Shown one piece after another: positions 29,075-39,009 of a stretch of 64,000 nucleotides of DNA. The notes under the pieces were generated by a model. It made no database searches. It was not told where the DNA came from and worked only from the letters and a program-made list of their open reading frames with translations. Location of the stretch: positions 6,420 through 70,419 of IMG/VR virus record IMGVR_UViG_3300027791_002264; one strand, 5' to 3'. Positions within the stretch are counted from its first letter, which is position 1; each line of letters begins with the position of its first letter. The position numbers and the translations under genes are program-made. The DNA is from a virus.

Positions 29075-29951
29075 AAAAACCAAGATCAATATGGGTGGTG
29101 GTGGCTTTTCACATACAATATCATCAACAGGTCTACCTACTAAATATGTTGAATGGATAAGAGGTTATGCAAGCGCTAATATAACTATACATATTGATAA
29201 TTATATGGTTGGTCGTACTGCTAGTATTTATAGAAAAACCAAAGAATATGCATGGCTTTGTGAAGCTAAATCAGTTTCATATTTTTCTAAAAGAAAATAT
29301 GTAACACTAGAAGACGGTACACCATCTTACGAGGATGAAAAGACTTCTCTTTATGAGTGGTGTAAAAACAATATACCAGAATTAAAAGAAAAATTTATTA
29401 AAGTATTCACGCATGATACTGAGTTAGCTAAAATGGATGATATTTTTCAATTAACACTATGCTCTGGTAAATCATTCTTAACAGAAGGTAAAATATATCC
29501 TAAAAGTAAATTAGTGTCTATGATTGCATCTAATAAGGTAATGTGTGAAGAACATGAGTATAGGCAAGAAATGATTGAGAAATATTCTAAATTAGGAGTT
29601 GATCATTTTGGTAGCGGTTTTAATTTTATAAAAGATAAAGCTGATGGTTTAAAAGATTATTGCTTTTCTATTGCAATGGAAAATGCAACATATTCAAATA
29701 TGTTTACTGAAAAGCTAACTGATTGCTTTATGACTGGTACTATTCCTGTTTATTATGGTATAGATAACATTGGAGATTTTTTTAATACTGATGGGATTAT
29801 AATAATGGATGATGATTTTGATATTAAGGATTTAACTGTAGATTTATATAATAGTAAGAAAGCTGCTATTTTAGATAATTATAATAGAGCACAAGATCTT
29901 TTGTGTGCTGAAGATTATATTTTTAAACAATTCATAGAACCTTCTCTATAA
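29067..29951 (+). CDS. GT10-like fucosyltransferase
   Basis: FSIAMEN...FTEKLTDCFMTGTIPVYYG. Confidence 0.8.
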   Translation: MIKKTKINMGGGGFSHTISSTGLPTKYVEWIRGYASANITIHIDNYMVGRTASIYRKTKEYAWLCEAKSVSYFSKRKYVTLEDGTPSYEDEKTSLYEWCKNNIPELKEKFIKVFTHDTELAKMDDIFQLTLCSGKSFLTEGKIYPKSKLVSMIASNKVMCEEHEYRQEMIEKYSKLGVDHFGSGFNFIKDKADGLKDYCFSIAMENATYSNMFTEKLTDCFMTGTIPVYYGIDNIGDFFNTDGIIIMDDDFDIKDLTVDLYNSKKAAILDNYNRAQDLLCAEDYIFKQFIEPSL

Positions 29952-30760
29952 TGGATAAAATTTTACAATTCCAAAAAGTATCATCGGCACACAAATTTGC
30001 TGGTGTAGGTATGGGTGGTAACATCTTTATAACTCTCAATTCTTTATTAGCTTCTAAAAAAGATGATAACTTATATGTGGATATGGAAACTAATTCTTGT
30101 GTATGTACTGAAGACGATTTTAATAAATTTAATACTAATAATTGTTGGGAATATTATTATGATCAAATGCCAAAGCCTGACACAGATAACATCGTAACTA
30201 ATAAATCTGAAAATGCATTCTTAAATTATAATAAGGTTCCTTTAGTTGATTACAGTGATTTGCAGTATAGATTTAATAACAACTTTAAATTAAAAGATTA
30301 TCTTCAGAACGAATTAGATTCTTATTATAATAATAACCTTAAAGATAAAATAACTTTAGGTGTACAAATAAGATTAACCGATATGTTACACCATCATAAA
30401 GTATCTCCTCTATCTAAATACTTAATTAGGATACAGGAAATTTTAAATAAAAATCCAAACATAGAACAATTATTTATAGCAACTGATGATCATAGAGCAA
30501 TAGAGGAAGTAAGTAAACATATAAGTATACCAATAATATACCATGAAGCTTTTAGGGCTAGTGATGATGATCCTCAGACTGATGAATATGATAGGATGCG
30601 AAATAATAGAGAATTTCATAAATATAATTTAAGTAAAGAATGTATTAAAGAAATTTATACTTTAAGTATGTGTAACTTTTTATTAAGAGCCGATGTATCT
30701 GCAATTTCAAATGTTGCTACTTTACTATCTACTAAAATTAACACACTATATAATTTATAA
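29951..30760 (+). CDS. NodZ/O-fucosyltransferase-like
   Basis: GVQIRLTD, LFIATDD, LSMC. Confidence 0.72.
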   Translation: MDKILQFQKVSSAHKFAGVGMGGNIFITLNSLLASKKDDNLYVDMETNSCVCTEDDFNKFNTNNCWEYYYDQMPKPDTDNIVTNKSENAFLNYNKVPLVDYSDLQYRFNNNFKLKDYLQNELDSYYNNNLKDKITLGVQIRLTDMLHHHKVSPLSKYLIRIQEILNKNPNIEQLFIATDDHRAIEEVSKHISIPIIYHEAFRASDDDPQTDEYDRMRNNREFHKYNLSKECIKEIYTLSMCNFLLRADVSAISNVATLLSTKINTLYNL

Positions 30761-30810
30761 TAAACAATCATCATTTATCTTATATAATATATAATAAAAC
30801 AAATTATAAC

Positions 30811-31443
30811 ATGAGCTTTGAGACTGTAACACAATTAGAAAAACAACTTGCTGAATTTTTTGGAGCACCTTATGCAGTATGTTTAGATGCATGTACTCAT
30901 GGTATAGAATTATGCCTAAGACATCAAAATATAAATACAATTACTGTTCCTAAAAGAACTTACATATCAGTACCTTTTCTTGCAAATAAATTAAACATTA
31001 ATTTAAAGTGGAGAGATGAAGAGTGGCAAGATTATTATAAAGTAAATGAACATCTTAAACCTATTTATGATGCAGCTGTTTTATGGAAAAAGGATAGTTA
31101 TATACCAGGATCTTTTATGTGTTTAAGTTTTCAATTCCAAAAGCATTTATCATTAGGTAGAGGTGGAGCTATACTTTGTGATAATAAAGAAGATGCAATT
31201 GCACTAAAGAAAATGTCATATGATGGAAGGTTACCAGATGTTCCATGGCGAGATCAAGATATTGAAACATATGGGTACCATTATTATATGACACCTGAAA
31301 CTGCTCAGTTAGGTTTAGATTATTTTGATGAAGCAGTAAAACAAAAACCAAGACAATGGACTATCACAGATTGGCCAGATTTAACAAAAATGGCAGTCTT
31401 TAATAAAAAAGAAGGAGTTGATCCTTATTTACAAACCAAATAA
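30811..31443 (+). CDS. DegT/DnrJ-family PLP sugar aminotransferase (short form)
   Basis: LEKQLAEFFG, CT.GIELCL, DAA, SFQFQKHL..GRGG. Confidence 0.8.
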   Translation: MSFETVTQLEKQLAEFFGAPYAVCLDACTHGIELCLRHQNINTITVPKRTYISVPFLANKLNINLKWRDEEWQDYYKVNEHLKPIYDAAVLWKKDSYIPGSFMCLSFQFQKHLSLGRGGAILCDNKEDAIALKKMSYDGRLPDVPWRDQDIETYGYHYYMTPETAQLGLDYFDEAVKQKPRQWTITDWPDLTKMAVFNKKEGVDPYLQTK

Positions 31444-31455
31444 CAAATTAAGAAA

Positions 31456-32448
31456 ATGAAAAAAGCATTTATAACAGGAATTAATGGACAAGATGGATCT
31501 TATCTTGCCGAGTATCTTTTAGATCTAGGATATGAAGTTCATGGAACTGTGAGAAGAAATTCTACATCAGAAAATCAATCAGCTAGGTTAACGACTGCAT
31601 ATGAAAGTGGTCAACTCACAACTCATTATGGTGATTTATCAGATCAAGGAAGTTTAGAAAGATTACTTGAGCAAATTCAACCAGATGAAATTTATAACAT
31701 AGCAGCACAGAGTCATGTAAGAGTAAGTTTTGATGTACCACAATATACAGTCCAAACAAATGCTGTAGGTGTATTAAATATATTGGAGGCATACCGAAGA
31801 GCATGCCCTACTGCTAAATTCTATCAAGCATCTTCTTCTGAAATGTTTGGTTTAACTGTTGAGGATGATGGCTTTCAGAGAGAAAGTAGTATTATGAATC
31901 CAGTATCTCCTTATGGATGTTCAAAGGTATTTGGATATAACATAGTAAGACATTATAGAAGAGCTCATAACCTACATGCTGTAAATGGAATTTTATTTAA
32001 TCATGAATCCCCAAGAAGAGGAAGTAACTTTGTAACTAATAAAGTTGTTAAAGCTGCATGTTCTATTAAATTAGGTTTACAGGATAAATTAGAATTAGGT
32101 AATATGGATTCTTATAGAGATTGGGGTCATTCTAAAGATTATGTTATAGCAATGCATGCAATGTTAAATCATGATACACCTGATGATTTTGTTGTATCAA
32201 CAATGGAAACGCATTCAGTTAGAGAAATGTGTGAGTTGGTGTTTAAATATTTAGATTTAGACTACAAGGATTATATTTCACAAAACCCTAAGTTTATGAG
32301 ACCTGAAGAATTACCTTATCTTAAAGGAGATTCAACAAAGATTAGAGAAACTTTAAATTGGAAACCAGAATATACTTTTGAATCTATGATGCATGAAATG
32401 TGTGATCATTGGATGGATGTTTTACAAGGTAAGGTGTCATTGAGATAA
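31456..32448 (+). CDS. gmd: GDP-mannose 4,6-dehydratase
   Basis: ITGINGQDGSYL, AAQSHVRVSF, YQASSSE, SPYGCSK, NHESPRRG, RDWGH. Confidence 0.96.
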   Translation: MKKAFITGINGQDGSYLAEYLLDLGYEVHGTVRRNSTSENQSARLTTAYESGQLTTHYGDLSDQGSLERLLEQIQPDEIYNIAAQSHVRVSFDVPQYTVQTNAVGVLNILEAYRRACPTAKFYQASSSEMFGLTVEDDGFQRESSIMNPVSPYGCSKVFGYNIVRHYRRAHNLHAVNGILFNHESPRRGSNFVTNKVVKAACSIKLGLQDKLELGNMDSYRDWGHSKDYVIAMHAMLNHDTPDDFVVSTMETHSVREMCELVFKYLDLDYKDYISQNPKFMRPEELPYLKGDSTKIRETLNWKPEYTFESMMHEMCDHWMDVLQGKVSLR

Positions 32449-33047
32449 TGGAAGAATCAATTAAGGAATTGCTAGAATATGAAGCAGCACAAATAAAAAA
32501 TATTCCCGTAAACTTTTCTTTTGAATTAGCAGTTAATAGAATAAAACAAAAGGTTCATAATATAGGATCTAATGGTAAAGTTATATTATCAGGGATGGGA
32601 AAGGCTGGTCAAATAGCATTAAACATTTCATCTACACTTAATTCAACAGGAACACCTTCTGTTTATTTACATCCTAGTGAAGCTCAACATGGTGATTTAG
32701 GTATACTTCAAAAAAATGATATTCTTGTTCTTTTATCTAATTCTGGTAAAACTAGAGAAATATTAGAATTAATTGAATTATCAAAAAATATGTATCCTCA
32801 TATATCTATTATTTGCATCACAGGTGATAAAGATAGTATTTTGGCAAACAAATCTGATATAACTCTTCATACTGGAAATACAAAAGAAGTATGCCCATTA
32901 GGTTTAACACCAACTACGTCAACAACATTAATGAAAGTAATAGGAGATATTTTAATTGTAGAATTAATAAAGAAAATTAAATTTACTAAAAAAGAATATT
33001 CACAAAGACATCATAGTGGATATCTTGGTCAAAAAAGCAAAGAATAA
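32448..33047 (+). CDS. KdsD/GutQ-type SIS sugar-phosphate isomerase (no CBS domains)
   Basis: SGMGKAG, HPSEAQHGDLG, SNSGKT.E, PTTST, HHSGYLG. Confidence 0.9.
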   Translation: MEESIKELLEYEAAQIKNIPVNFSFELAVNRIKQKVHNIGSNGKVILSGMGKAGQIALNISSTLNSTGTPSVYLHPSEAQHGDLGILQKNDILVLLSNSGKTREILELIELSKNMYPHISIICITGDKDSILANKSDITLHTGNTKEVCPLGLTPTTSTTLMKVIGDILIVELIKKIKFTKKEYSQRHHSGYLGQKSKE

Positions 33048-33114
33048 TGAAACATTGCATAGAGTTTCACAATTGAAACTATTTCATATAAATGTATATA
33101 ATAATAAATAGATT

Positions 33115-33354
33115 ATGTTTAAATTATTCAAAACAATCAAATCATGGTTCTTACCTAATCATGAAGGACCTTTTCCATATTCAACCGATGGTTTTATAAA
33201 AGCAAAGAGATGGGCAAAAAATCAATCACACCCTAAATTACCTGATCACCCCTCTCAATCATTATGGAGTTATGTAAGTAGCAATTGGATTGATTCAGAA
33301 TATAAATTAAATGAAATTAATAAAGTTAAAACAAATAAGAATAAAACTATATAA
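33115..33354 (+). CDS. Hypothetical protein
   Basis: 79-aa ORF after a class B promoter. Confidence 0.6.
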   Translation: MFKLFKTIKSWFLPNHEGPFPYSTDGFIKAKRWAKNQSHPKLPDHPSQSLWSYVSSNWIDSEYKLNEINKVKTNKNKTI

Positions 33355-33359
33355 TTAAT

Positions 33360-33620
33360 ATGGAAGGACAAAAAATGAATGTAGATATTGATTCAACTAC
33401 TGAAATCGTTTGTGATGAATGTGGAAATAATGTTTTTCAGCCTGCCTTCTTCTTAAGGAAGGTAAGCAGATTTGTATCACCAGATGGTAAAGATAGATTA
33501 TTACCTTTAGATACAATGGTATGTAGCAAATGTGGTAATGTTAATAAAGAATTTCAAACAGCAAATCCTAAAAATAAAACAACAAAAACAAATAATTTAA
33601 AAGATGGCAAACAAAAATAA
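33360..33620 (+). CDS. Zn-ribbon protein
   Basis: CDECG...CSKCG. Confidence 0.75.
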   Translation: MEGQKMNVDIDSTTEIVCDECGNNVFQPAFFLRKVSRFVSPDGKDRLLPLDTMVCSKCGNVNKEFQTANPKNKTTKTNNLKDGKQK

Positions 33621-34311
33621 ACCAGATATGAAAATTGTAAAAGACGGTTCGGTAGAATCTAAATTAACAAAAAACTATGAAAACCAAGTTGGTAAGACTG
33701 GTTCTAAAGAAGAGCAAGCTGCTTTAGCAAAAGAATTAGTTAATGATTCTCCTCGTAAGATGAGTGAAATTATTAAAGACAAAAGAGAAGCATTAAAAAA
33801 GAATGAGGATTTACTTAGAGATCTTCAAACTAATGAATATGATATTCCAATGTCTTCACCTAAACTTTATAAGCAATTAATGAAGTTTTTAGAAAAAGAT
33901 GCTGAATGGGGTCATACGACTGCAACAGGATTAGTAATGTTATATTCTAATCTTAAAGAAAACTCTAAAATAGTTCAGTCTAAAGACTGGGATGGTATTG
34001 TTAAATTAAGAGGTACGAGTATTACTATATTATGGACAATGGTAACATCTATGAAAGGTAAAGGATTCTTTGAAGCTAGAAACTTTATTGAATTAATGGC
34101 TGCGTTTGGTCAAGATCTTTCTACTGTAGTACAAAAAGTACATGTTGATAATTCAGCTCTTAGAGAAAATCATGCAAAACTATCGGAATTAGATACTGAA
34201 GTAAATCATCCTGATGTTATTCTTGATGTTGCAATTGATAAGTATAATGAAGCTGAAGAAGAATTAACTGATTTAATGAATGAAGTTGATCCTGTAGTTG
34301 AAACTGTATAA
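33604..34311 (+). CDS. Hypothetical protein
   Basis: 235-aa helical ORF. Confidence 0.7.
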   Translation: MANKNKPDMKIVKDGSVESKLTKNYENQVGKTGSKEEQAALAKELVNDSPRKMSEIIKDKREALKKNEDLLRDLQTNEYDIPMSSPKLYKQLMKFLEKDAEWGHTTATGLVMLYSNLKENSKIVQSKDWDGIVKLRGTSITILWTMVTSMKGKGFFEARNFIELMAAFGQDLSTVVQKVHVDNSALRENHAKLSELDTEVNHPDVILDVAIDKYNEAEEELTDLMNEVDPVVETV

Positions 34312-34313
34312 CA

Positions 34314-34562
34314 ATGGGATTCCACAGAAGACATATAGATAATAACCAGGTTGTTAAGCTTTATGAAGATGGTGGGCTTATCAGAGTTAAAGAATGGTAT
34401 ACACAAGGCGTTGATGCCTTAGTAACAGAAACCGGCCTCGCTTCAGAGGTCGGTTCTATTCTTTCTGATGATGACTGGATAGTAATGGGTACTCAAATCC
34501 AAGAAAAAGGAATCATTAAACTTATTCAAAAACATTTAGGTATAGTTGACAGCAAAAAATAA
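34314..34562 (+). CDS. Hypothetical protein
   Basis: MGFHRRHI N-terminus. Confidence 0.65.
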   Translation: MGFHRRHIDNNQVVKLYEDGGLIRVKEWYTQGVDALVTETGLASEVGSILSDDDWIVMGTQIQEKGIIKLIQKHLGIVDSKK

Positions 34563-34572
34563 CTTTTTGTTT

Positions 34573-34591
34573 GTTGAATAAATAAAGAAAA
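34573..34591 (+). promoter_or_regulatory. Class C (late-type) promoter motif GAATAWATAA
   Basis: 19-bp GTTGAATAAATAAAGAAAA identical at 34573 and 49358; core also at 16437, 19138, 37241, variant at 11935; resembles T4 late TATAAATA. Confidence 0.6.
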
Positions 34592-34600
34592 CATTGTTAT

Positions 34601-35824
34601 ATGCAACACATACCAGACTATAGACAATTTGTCAATGAGCGTGTAAATCTTAAAGCTGCACACTTATCATCTGAGGATTACCAAAAGGCAAAAAAGCTTA
34701 AAGCTTTTGATTCTGCTGACTGGGCTTGGAATTCAAAATCTCAACTTTATGACAAGGTAAATGAATCAGTAGTTACTGAAGCTAAGTTTACTAGGTTACC
34801 AAAACAATTAAACGCAATGTGGGAGCTTAAAAACTCCGTAGAGAATATGGTTGGTAGGCATGATAATGGAGATGACTATGATCCTAATCAAATGAGGACC
34901 ATTGAGGAATTCATTAAAAAGATTAAAAAATCAGCAAAATCATTTAAATCTAAAGAAGAAGTAGTAGGTACAATCTATGAAAGTAATTTTTCACCTTTAG
35001 GATATGCTAAGAGAGTTGTTGCAGGAGCAATTACTTTAAAGGATGCTATGAAAGAAGCAGGTATTTCATTATCTAATATGGGAAAGTTAATTAAGAAAAT
35101 AGATAAAAAGTTTGATATAGATGCGGCATTCTTAGAAAGTAAAGTAAATGAAGGACCTGGTAAAGGCTACTATATAAAGGTATCTGTTAGAGATGCTAAA
35201 AAAGCTTTAGCAATCCTAGATGATATGTATCGTAAGAAGTTTGATATTAATGGAAGTAATGTTTATTACTTTAAGGATGAGGATATTGCATATGATGCTA
35301 TGATGGATTTATCCGCTGAAGATATTGAGATTGCTGATACTAATATTGAGGAATCATTAGATGAAAATGCTGATCCATGCTGGGATGATTATAAAATAGG
35401 ATCTCCTAAAACAAAAATATCTTCTAAATCTGGTAAAAGAGTTAATAACTGCGTTCCTAAAGATGAATCAGTAGTTAATGAAGCAACTGATATTAATGAT
35501 CCAGTTCTTATGGCATTCAGACGTACTCGAGCAATAATGGAATTACCTAAATTTAAACCAGCTGAAGTAAAATCACGTAGAATTAGTTTTGATAAGTATA
35601 TGGATTTATTAGATTCACAAACAGATATAGCCCAGGACATTAAAGATAAGGCTGAAGAAATGGCTCAAACATTTAGAGACATGGAACAAGAAGCTGAACC
35701 AGAAGGTGGGGTGATGGCAGACAAATATGGTTCTATTATGATGAATCAAGAAAAGGAATATACTCAGTTAAAAGCTAAGAAAGCAAAAATTGATGCTAGA
35801 GTTGAAAAATATAAAATGAATTAA
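34601..35824 (+). CDS. Putative capsid-internal polyprotein
   Basis: N-term MQHIPDYRQFVNE; linkers ESVVTEA, ESKVNEG, ESLDEN, ESVVNEA; PCW...NCVP module. Confidence 0.65.
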   Translation: MQHIPDYRQFVNERVNLKAAHLSSEDYQKAKKLKAFDSADWAWNSKSQLYDKVNESVVTEAKFTRLPKQLNAMWELKNSVENMVGRHDNGDDYDPNQMRTIEEFIKKIKKSAKSFKSKEEVVGTIYESNFSPLGYAKRVVAGAITLKDAMKEAGISLSNMGKLIKKIDKKFDIDAAFLESKVNEGPGKGYYIKVSVRDAKKALAILDDMYRKKFDINGSNVYYFKDEDIAYDAMMDLSAEDIEIADTNIEESLDENADPCWDDYKIGSPKTKISSKSGKRVNNCVPKDESVVNEATDINDPVLMAFRRTRAIMELPKFKPAEVKSRRISFDKYMDLLDSQTDIAQDIKDKAEEMAQTFRDMEQEAEPEGGVMADKYGSIMMNQEKEYTQLKAKKAKIDARVEKYKMN

Positions 35825-35826
35825 TT

Positions 35827-36696
35827 ATGAAGCACTTTAAAACATATACAGACTTTATTAACGAAGCAAAAGGTTGGAATGATATTGCAAGAGTAATGGA
35901 TGCAGGATTAAAGAAAGCTATAAAATCAGGTAGTGTACCATTAAAGTATGCTAAAGATTATGTTAAGTCATTAGAAAGAATGTCAAAAAGAAATACTAAA
36001 AAGTTCTTTGATGAATACGGAGATTTTACTGAAGCTGACTTTATAGAAGATGTAGAATATAATATAGCTAATGAATCTATGAATGAAGAATTCAAAGTTC
36101 ATATGATGTATGATCCAAAAACAGGAAAAGGTTATAAAGCAGAAAAACTAGAAGATCATGAAAGAATGAGTAAACTAGGCTATGTTCATGATAAACCTAA
36201 GGATGATGATATTACAGAATCTGCAATGGGTGAAATTGATATAATGGCTAAAGAAGCTAAAAATCTAAAAGAGTTCACAAAGGAAATGTTTGCTGAATTT
36301 AAAAATCTACCAAAAAAGCCAGATACTTTAAAGTGGATAGAGGAATTATATAACAGTGCAATTAATGAGGCAGAAAAAGCTGAAGGTGATCGAAGTAAAT
36401 TGTCAGCTGACATTGAAAAAGCATTAAAGGATAAGGCTACTGAAAGTGGCGTACCTATTGGACTATTAAGATTAGTAATGAGAAGAGGGCTAGATGCTTG
36501 GAATAGTAGTCACCGTGCAGGTGTACCACAGGTTGCTTGGGGTTATGCTCGAGTAAATGCATTCTTAGAAAAAGGTAAAGGTACTTGGGGTAAGGCTGAT
36601 GCTGATATTGCTAAAGAAGTTAGAGATGAAGGTAAGGCTGATAAACTACCAATTAAAAATCCTTCAGAATTTACAAAGAAAGAAAGAGAAGCATAA
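35827..36696 (+). CDS. Putative capsid-internal polyprotein
   Basis: MKHFKTYTDFINEA; ESMNEE, ITES, INEA; HMMYDPKTGKG and RRG..AW...WGYARVNAF modules. Confidence 0.65.
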   Translation: MKHFKTYTDFINEAKGWNDIARVMDAGLKKAIKSGSVPLKYAKDYVKSLERMSKRNTKKFFDEYGDFTEADFIEDVEYNIANESMNEEFKVHMMYDPKTGKGYKAEKLEDHERMSKLGYVHDKPKDDDITESAMGEIDIMAKEAKNLKEFTKEMFAEFKNLPKKPDTLKWIEELYNSAINEAEKAEGDRSKLSADIEKALKDKATESGVPIGLLRLVMRRGLDAWNSSHRAGVPQVAWGYARVNAFLEKGKGTWGKADADIAKEVRDEGKADKLPIKNPSEFTKKEREA

Positions 36697-37241
36697 TGAA
36701 ATTTATAAAAGACTTTAAAGGTTTTGATAAAGTATCTGAAGAACTTAAATATCATGTAGATAATGGTATAGGTTTAGATGACACTGTTTTTCGCTTAGGC
36801 TCCGATGCACATGGTAAATTGTTTGAAGAAGCAAAAGAGTATTGGGATAAAGGAAATATGGTATTAAATGGAAAAAGTGGCTTCATGGCTAAAAACCTTG
36901 AGGTTGGAACTAAAGCCATATATAAAGATCGTAAATCAGGTAGAACTAAGAAAGTTAAACTTGATTCACCAGAAAGAGGTGGCAATAAAAAGTTTATTGT
37001 TTATCGTAATAGTGGAAGAACCGACAAAGAAACTGGATCAATCGTAGCTAAGAAAATTGAATGGGGAGATCCAGGATTATCTGTAAAGAATGATGACCCA
37101 GGTGCGTCTGCTAGTTTTTGGGCAAGACATCAATGTGATCAAAAGAAAAAGATGGATCCTAATAAAGCAGGGTTTTGGGCATGTTATGGTCCGAGTTTAT
37201 TTGGAAAACAGTTAGGGTTAAAAAGTACTAATCCTTGGTAG
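36696..37241 (+). CDS. Putative capsid-internal protein
   Basis: MKFIKDFKGFDKVSE; WGDP...SFWARHQCD...AGFWAC module. Confidence 0.65.
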   Translation: MKFIKDFKGFDKVSEELKYHVDNGIGLDDTVFRLGSDAHGKLFEEAKEYWDKGNMVLNGKSGFMAKNLEVGTKAIYKDRKSGRTKKVKLDSPERGGNKKFIVYRNSGRTDKETGSIVAKKIEWGDPGLSVKNDDPGASASFWARHQCDQKKKMDPNKAGFWACYGPSLFGKQLGLKSTNPW

Positions 37242-37269
37242 AATATATAAAAAAAGAAATTACATTAAA

Positions 37270-37749
37270 ATGAAACATATTAAGACAATTAATGAGAATG
37301 CTGATAGTATTAATGAAGGAAGAGCTGCAGCAAAGGTATTACTTAAATCCGTTATTAATGGTGATGCTAAAGATGTAGAAGGAATAAAGCTTTCTAAGGA
37401 AATGGCTGAGGCTTATTTAGCTTGGTTGGAACAATCAACATACGGTAAGAAGTTCGGTAAATTACCTTTTAATATGTTATTTGATGCTTCTTTTAATTGG
37501 GGTATTCAAAGATATGCTAAAGGTAAATTAGCAAAAGAATTAAAAGACATTAAGGCAAAGTATAAAACTGTTAGAGAAGATGCTGAGGATGTTAATGAAT
37601 CTGCAAGTTCAGAAGAAAAAAGAATTGCAACTAGAGCAATGAGATCAATTGCTAAATATATGAATGTTGATATGGAAAGAGCTGCACAGTATCTTCTTAA
37701 CGCAGCTGAAGATGTTCAAAGAGATGTCAAAAAAGGTAAAATAAAATAA
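37270..37749 (+). CDS. Putative capsid-internal protein
   Basis: MKHIKTINE...INEG; VNES. Confidence 0.65.
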   Translation: MKHIKTINENADSINEGRAAAKVLLKSVINGDAKDVEGIKLSKEMAEAYLAWLEQSTYGKKFGKLPFNMLFDASFNWGIQRYAKGKLAKELKDIKAKYKTVREDAEDVNESASSEEKRIATRAMRSIAKYMNVDMERAAQYLLNAAEDVQRDVKKGKIK

Positions 37750-37752
37750 GAT

Positions 37753-39009
37753 ATGAAATATTTTAAAACATATGCTACTTATATAAACGAAGAGCTTAGT
37801 GGTCATGCTAAAAAGATGAAGGAAGACGGTCTTAGTGATGATGAAATTAAGAAAATGCATCCTGAGGTAACGGATGAAGATTTAAATGAAGCAAAGAAAT
37901 TTAAAGCAGGTGATATGTGGTCAAAGACTTTTGATTACGGTGGTATGCTAGCAGCAGGCTTAAAGGTTAATGTTAATACACCTATTGGTGAACTTAATAA
38001 ATTATTTGATTCGTTTACTGATGTAAATTATCACAGAGAAGCAAAAGACTTATTAGATGCAATTGATAAGATTGAAAGTGGCGATAAAAAAGCTGCTTCA
38101 AAACATATAGATATGTTTCATAAAGCATGCAAGGAAACTTTAAAGACAAATGAAGCAAGCAACGTTATGAAGGATCTTGAAAAGATAGGTGGTCAAATTG
38201 ATTATCTTTCTGATGCTGATGACAAAACTAAAAAGATATGGAAAAAGGCAGGAGTTAATCCAGAAGATGATAATCAAATTATTATTTACTCATATGTTAA
38301 TTCATGGCCTGAAACTAAAAAACTTTTAGATAAGTCAAAGGTTAAATATAAAGAATTAGAAGATCCTAATTCATCAGGTGAATCTTTTATTGTGTTTAGT
38401 GAATCATTAGTTACTGAAGCTAAAGTTAAGGTAACTAAAAAAGATATTAAAGATATAGAGGACTCTGGTAATATTGATATTGCATATAAAAAAGCAATGG
38501 AATTATTAAAAAGTTTAAGTGAATCAGTAGTTAATGAAGCTAAATTTGTAAAAGAATTTGATAAAGAAGTTTTAGATGCAAAAACAAAGAAAGAAGTTAC
38601 AGAAGTTTATCCAAAAGCAAAATTTTATGTTGGTAAGTCGAATCATTTCTTTGGAGATCTAGAAGATAACTTATTTTTTAAGGCATATTATACAAAAGGA
38701 CAAAAAGAATTTGAAATAAGGTCAGTATACTCTAAAAAAGGAAGTAACTATGTTTATTTATTTAATGAATCGTTAACTGAAGCTTATTCCGATGAACAGA
38801 GAATGGAATTAGCTGATAAAGGTTTTGCATTATCTGATGGGAGTTATCCTATTAAAGATTTAAAAGACCTTAAGAATGCTATTATGGCTTATGGCCGAGC
38901 AAAAGATCAATCAAGAACTGCTAAGTTTATCGTAAAGAGAGCAAAGGCATTAGGTGCTGAGGATTTAATTCCTGACACTGACGATTTTCAAAAATCACTT
39001 AAAGCATAA
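37753..39009 (+). CDS. Putative capsid-internal polyprotein
   Basis: MKYFKTYATYINE; LNEA, TNEA, ESLVTEA, ESVVNEA, ESLTEA. Confidence 0.65.
   Translation: MKYFKTYATYINEELSGHAKKMKEDGLSDDEIKKMHPEVTDEDLNEAKKFKAGDMWSKTFDYGGMLAAGLKVNVNTPIGELNKLFDSFTDVNYHREAKDLLDAIDKIESGDKKAASKHIDMFHKACKETLKTNEASNVMKDLEKIGGQIDYLSDADDKTKKIWKKAGVNPEDDNQIIIYSYVNSWPETKKLLDKSKVKYKELEDPNSSGESFIVFSESLVTEAKVKVTKKDIKDIEDSGNIDIAYKKAMELLKSLSESVVNEAKFVKEFDKEVLDAKTKKEVTEVYPKAKFYVGKSNHFFGDLEDNLFFKAYYTKGQKEFEIRSVYSKKGSNYVYLFNESLTEAYSDEQRMELADKGFALSDGSYPIKDLKDLKNAIMAYGRAKDQSRTAKFIVKRAKALGAEDLIPDTDDFQKSLKA

Noticed and set aside
34763-38784. Linker repeats or early cassettes as a CRISPR array
   Set aside because: Spacing is irregular and hundreds of bases long; the repeats are in-frame coding or promoter sequence.
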